64,000 nt of DNA from Takakia lepidozioides (Eukaryota > Plantae > Bryophyta): the NCBI GenBank assembly GCA_030704615.1, contig CM060733.1:51708001-51772000 (forward strand), given 5' to 3'. Of this stretch, positions 62,197 through 64,000 are shown in pieces. Each line of letters begins with the position of its first letter. The stretch's first letter is position 1. A program made the position numbers and the translations under genes. Under the pieces are notes generated by a model, which did not search any database, was not told the origin of the DNA, and saw only the letters and a list, made by a program, of their open reading frames with translations.

Positions 62197-63689
62197 ATGG
62201 AAAGGACAGACTATTGCAAAATGCAATTCCTTGTGCAAATTGATATCACATTGTTGGAGGCTTAGCTGTAGAGTAGATAGGAAGAAGGAAGATGCACTAA
62301 ATCGCCTTCAAGGTTATGTAAAGGTCAGAGTGATTGGTCAAAAATGGCTTGGAACTTGGTTCCATATTGACAGTGTTTTATCTGGCCTGTCTAAGTTCAT
62401 TCCTGACAGGTGATCATTTATAAGGTGAGATGACAGTTTGACTCTAGCAGCCCAATCTTGAAAGTTTGTTCTTCATACAGTTGTCAGAAAGCGGGGGTGC
62501 TAGCATCTGCAAGATTCATGGCTATTTGATGTTGCAGACTTGATGTCTGCATACGTAGTTCACAGTTCCAGGATTAAGCTAGATATGTCATGTAGAAGGT
62601 GACAATGCTTCCTCCAGGACACCTCAGGGTTTGGGCTTTGAATCAATAGATATTTAACTAGAAGGAGACTGCATTCTCTGGACCCACTTCAGGGTTTTGG
62701 GGTTTGTATCAAAACCCTAAACCATGAATTTGTGTACAAGTTGGAGGGAGGGGTGTTGGGCACATTTCTCCTACTAAAATCGTGAAAGGCTCACTTCAAC
62801 GACTTCTTGTCTCTTCTGTGTTGACTTGACTCGGAGTATTGTTACCTTCCTTGGGAGAGAGGAGAGGAGATAGAAAAAGCAAAATCTGCAGAGATATGGT
62901 TAGAGTGGCCAGGGGCAGTGGACCCAGTGGGGAATAGTATATAGTACACTAGTGTACTGTTCAGTATGAATAGTATAGTATACAGTGCACTATGTGAAGA
63001 TCTGTTAAACTTTCCTGTTGTACAAACTGATGAAACTTATTCCAGCATGACTTTGAAATCAGATCAACGGTGTATCATGGTAATGTGCCAAAGAGATAAC
63101 ATAGAGGAAATCATCAAGAGCTTGTTCTTGGTGCATATATTGAGCCAATGTCTACAAATAAATATGTGAATGAGAAGCTGAGATTAGTAGTCTCTGCACC
63201 CCCTGATTTACTTGATTGCAATTTTGAAGGCCATAATTTTATTCGGCTGGTACCAGTGAAGGCGCTAATGTGTAAGATGAGTCCAAATAATTGATTAAAG
63301 TCTTATTTCTACAAGACTTCTCTGTTCAATGAGTCACACTAACTCTGGTTCACAATAAGAGGAGCTTATTCCTCTGAATCCAAGCATTCAAATATCCCAA
63401 CAGAATCCATGTTTTGCTATTTGGCTTCCGGCACTGCACATGTGCTCTAGCATGTTTTTGATGAATTGCAGATGTCTCTGCTAGAGTAGAATGGTATGCT
63501 ACTCTTCATGCGTTTGCAAGGTCATCACTGCAACCAAAGTTGCATGCCAGGTCTCTCTTATTTGATCAGACAACTAGTCATCACATAAGCTTCAAATTTG
63601 TTGAACCACAGGTTATGTCTGTGTGAATGCCATCCATCATGAAAAGAGGATCTCAAACTCGTTGAATCGCAGGTTCTGTTTGTCAGTGC

Positions 63690-63912
63690 GAATGCACCCA
63701 GCAACATCAGCTGCTCAGGGTTGGAAACCTGGTCTGTAGGAGCACCAGATGTGGCATCTGGTATGGCATCCCCATGCATAAGATTGCGTCGTTTTCGCAA
63801 CTTACCCAAGCGTGAAGGTAAAGTTGGGGCCGCAGGATCCGCTCCGACAAACACATCGAGCTTGACCCTTCCAGCCTGTTGTTCCAGTACAAGAACTTGA
63901 TACTGTCTGACA
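63690..63912 (-). pseudogene. Degenerate partial copy of the Dof-like gene
   Basis: IKFLYWNN..and GKLRKRRNLMHGDAIP, homologous to 59150-59330, with frameshifts. Confidence 0.75.
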
Positions 63913-64000
63913 GCGCTGATGGATTACCAAGGCGAGAAGAGATGTCCTCTCTGCCTGTCGGACGGTATCAAGTTCCTATATTGGAACAATGGGCTGGCAA
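63913..64000 (+). CDS. Third Dof-like fragment in inverted orientation, running off the window
   Basis: ALMDYQGEKRCPLCLSDGIKFLYWNNGLA versus ALMDYQGDKRCPLCLSENIKFLYWNNGLA in the 58933-59769 ORF. Confidence 0.75.

Overview
Eukaryotic nuclear DNA from a non-seed land plant, most likely a moss. This is inferred from the gene set, spliceosomal introns and repeat style, not verified by search. Positions 1-25 kb are a transposon-rich block next to an intronless PHF5A gene. The main feature there is a decayed Ty3/gypsy retrotransposon (about 8.1-16.4 kb) whose pol reads protease - C5 cytosine DNA methyltransferase (DNMT3-like) - RT (internally deleted) - integrase - PHD finger, so it carries both a methylation writer and a chromatin reader. 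The block also holds a foreign-looking aspartyl-protease pseudogene, short Helitrons, a Mutator-type MITE, a piggyBac-like TTAA element, an L1-type LINE remnant and a restriction-endonuclease-type non-LTR remnant. Positions 25-64 kb are gene-rich: MYB3R with a duplicated R3 recognition helix, a CAS-like rhodanese protein, NAF1 (intronic TRIM, tandem duplication and hAT MITE), a MaoC-type dehydratase, MinD, a divergent Dof-like zinc-finger gene with extra partial copies, and a Tic20 pseudogene. Exon boundaries were read by eye from GT/AG sites and conserved motifs.
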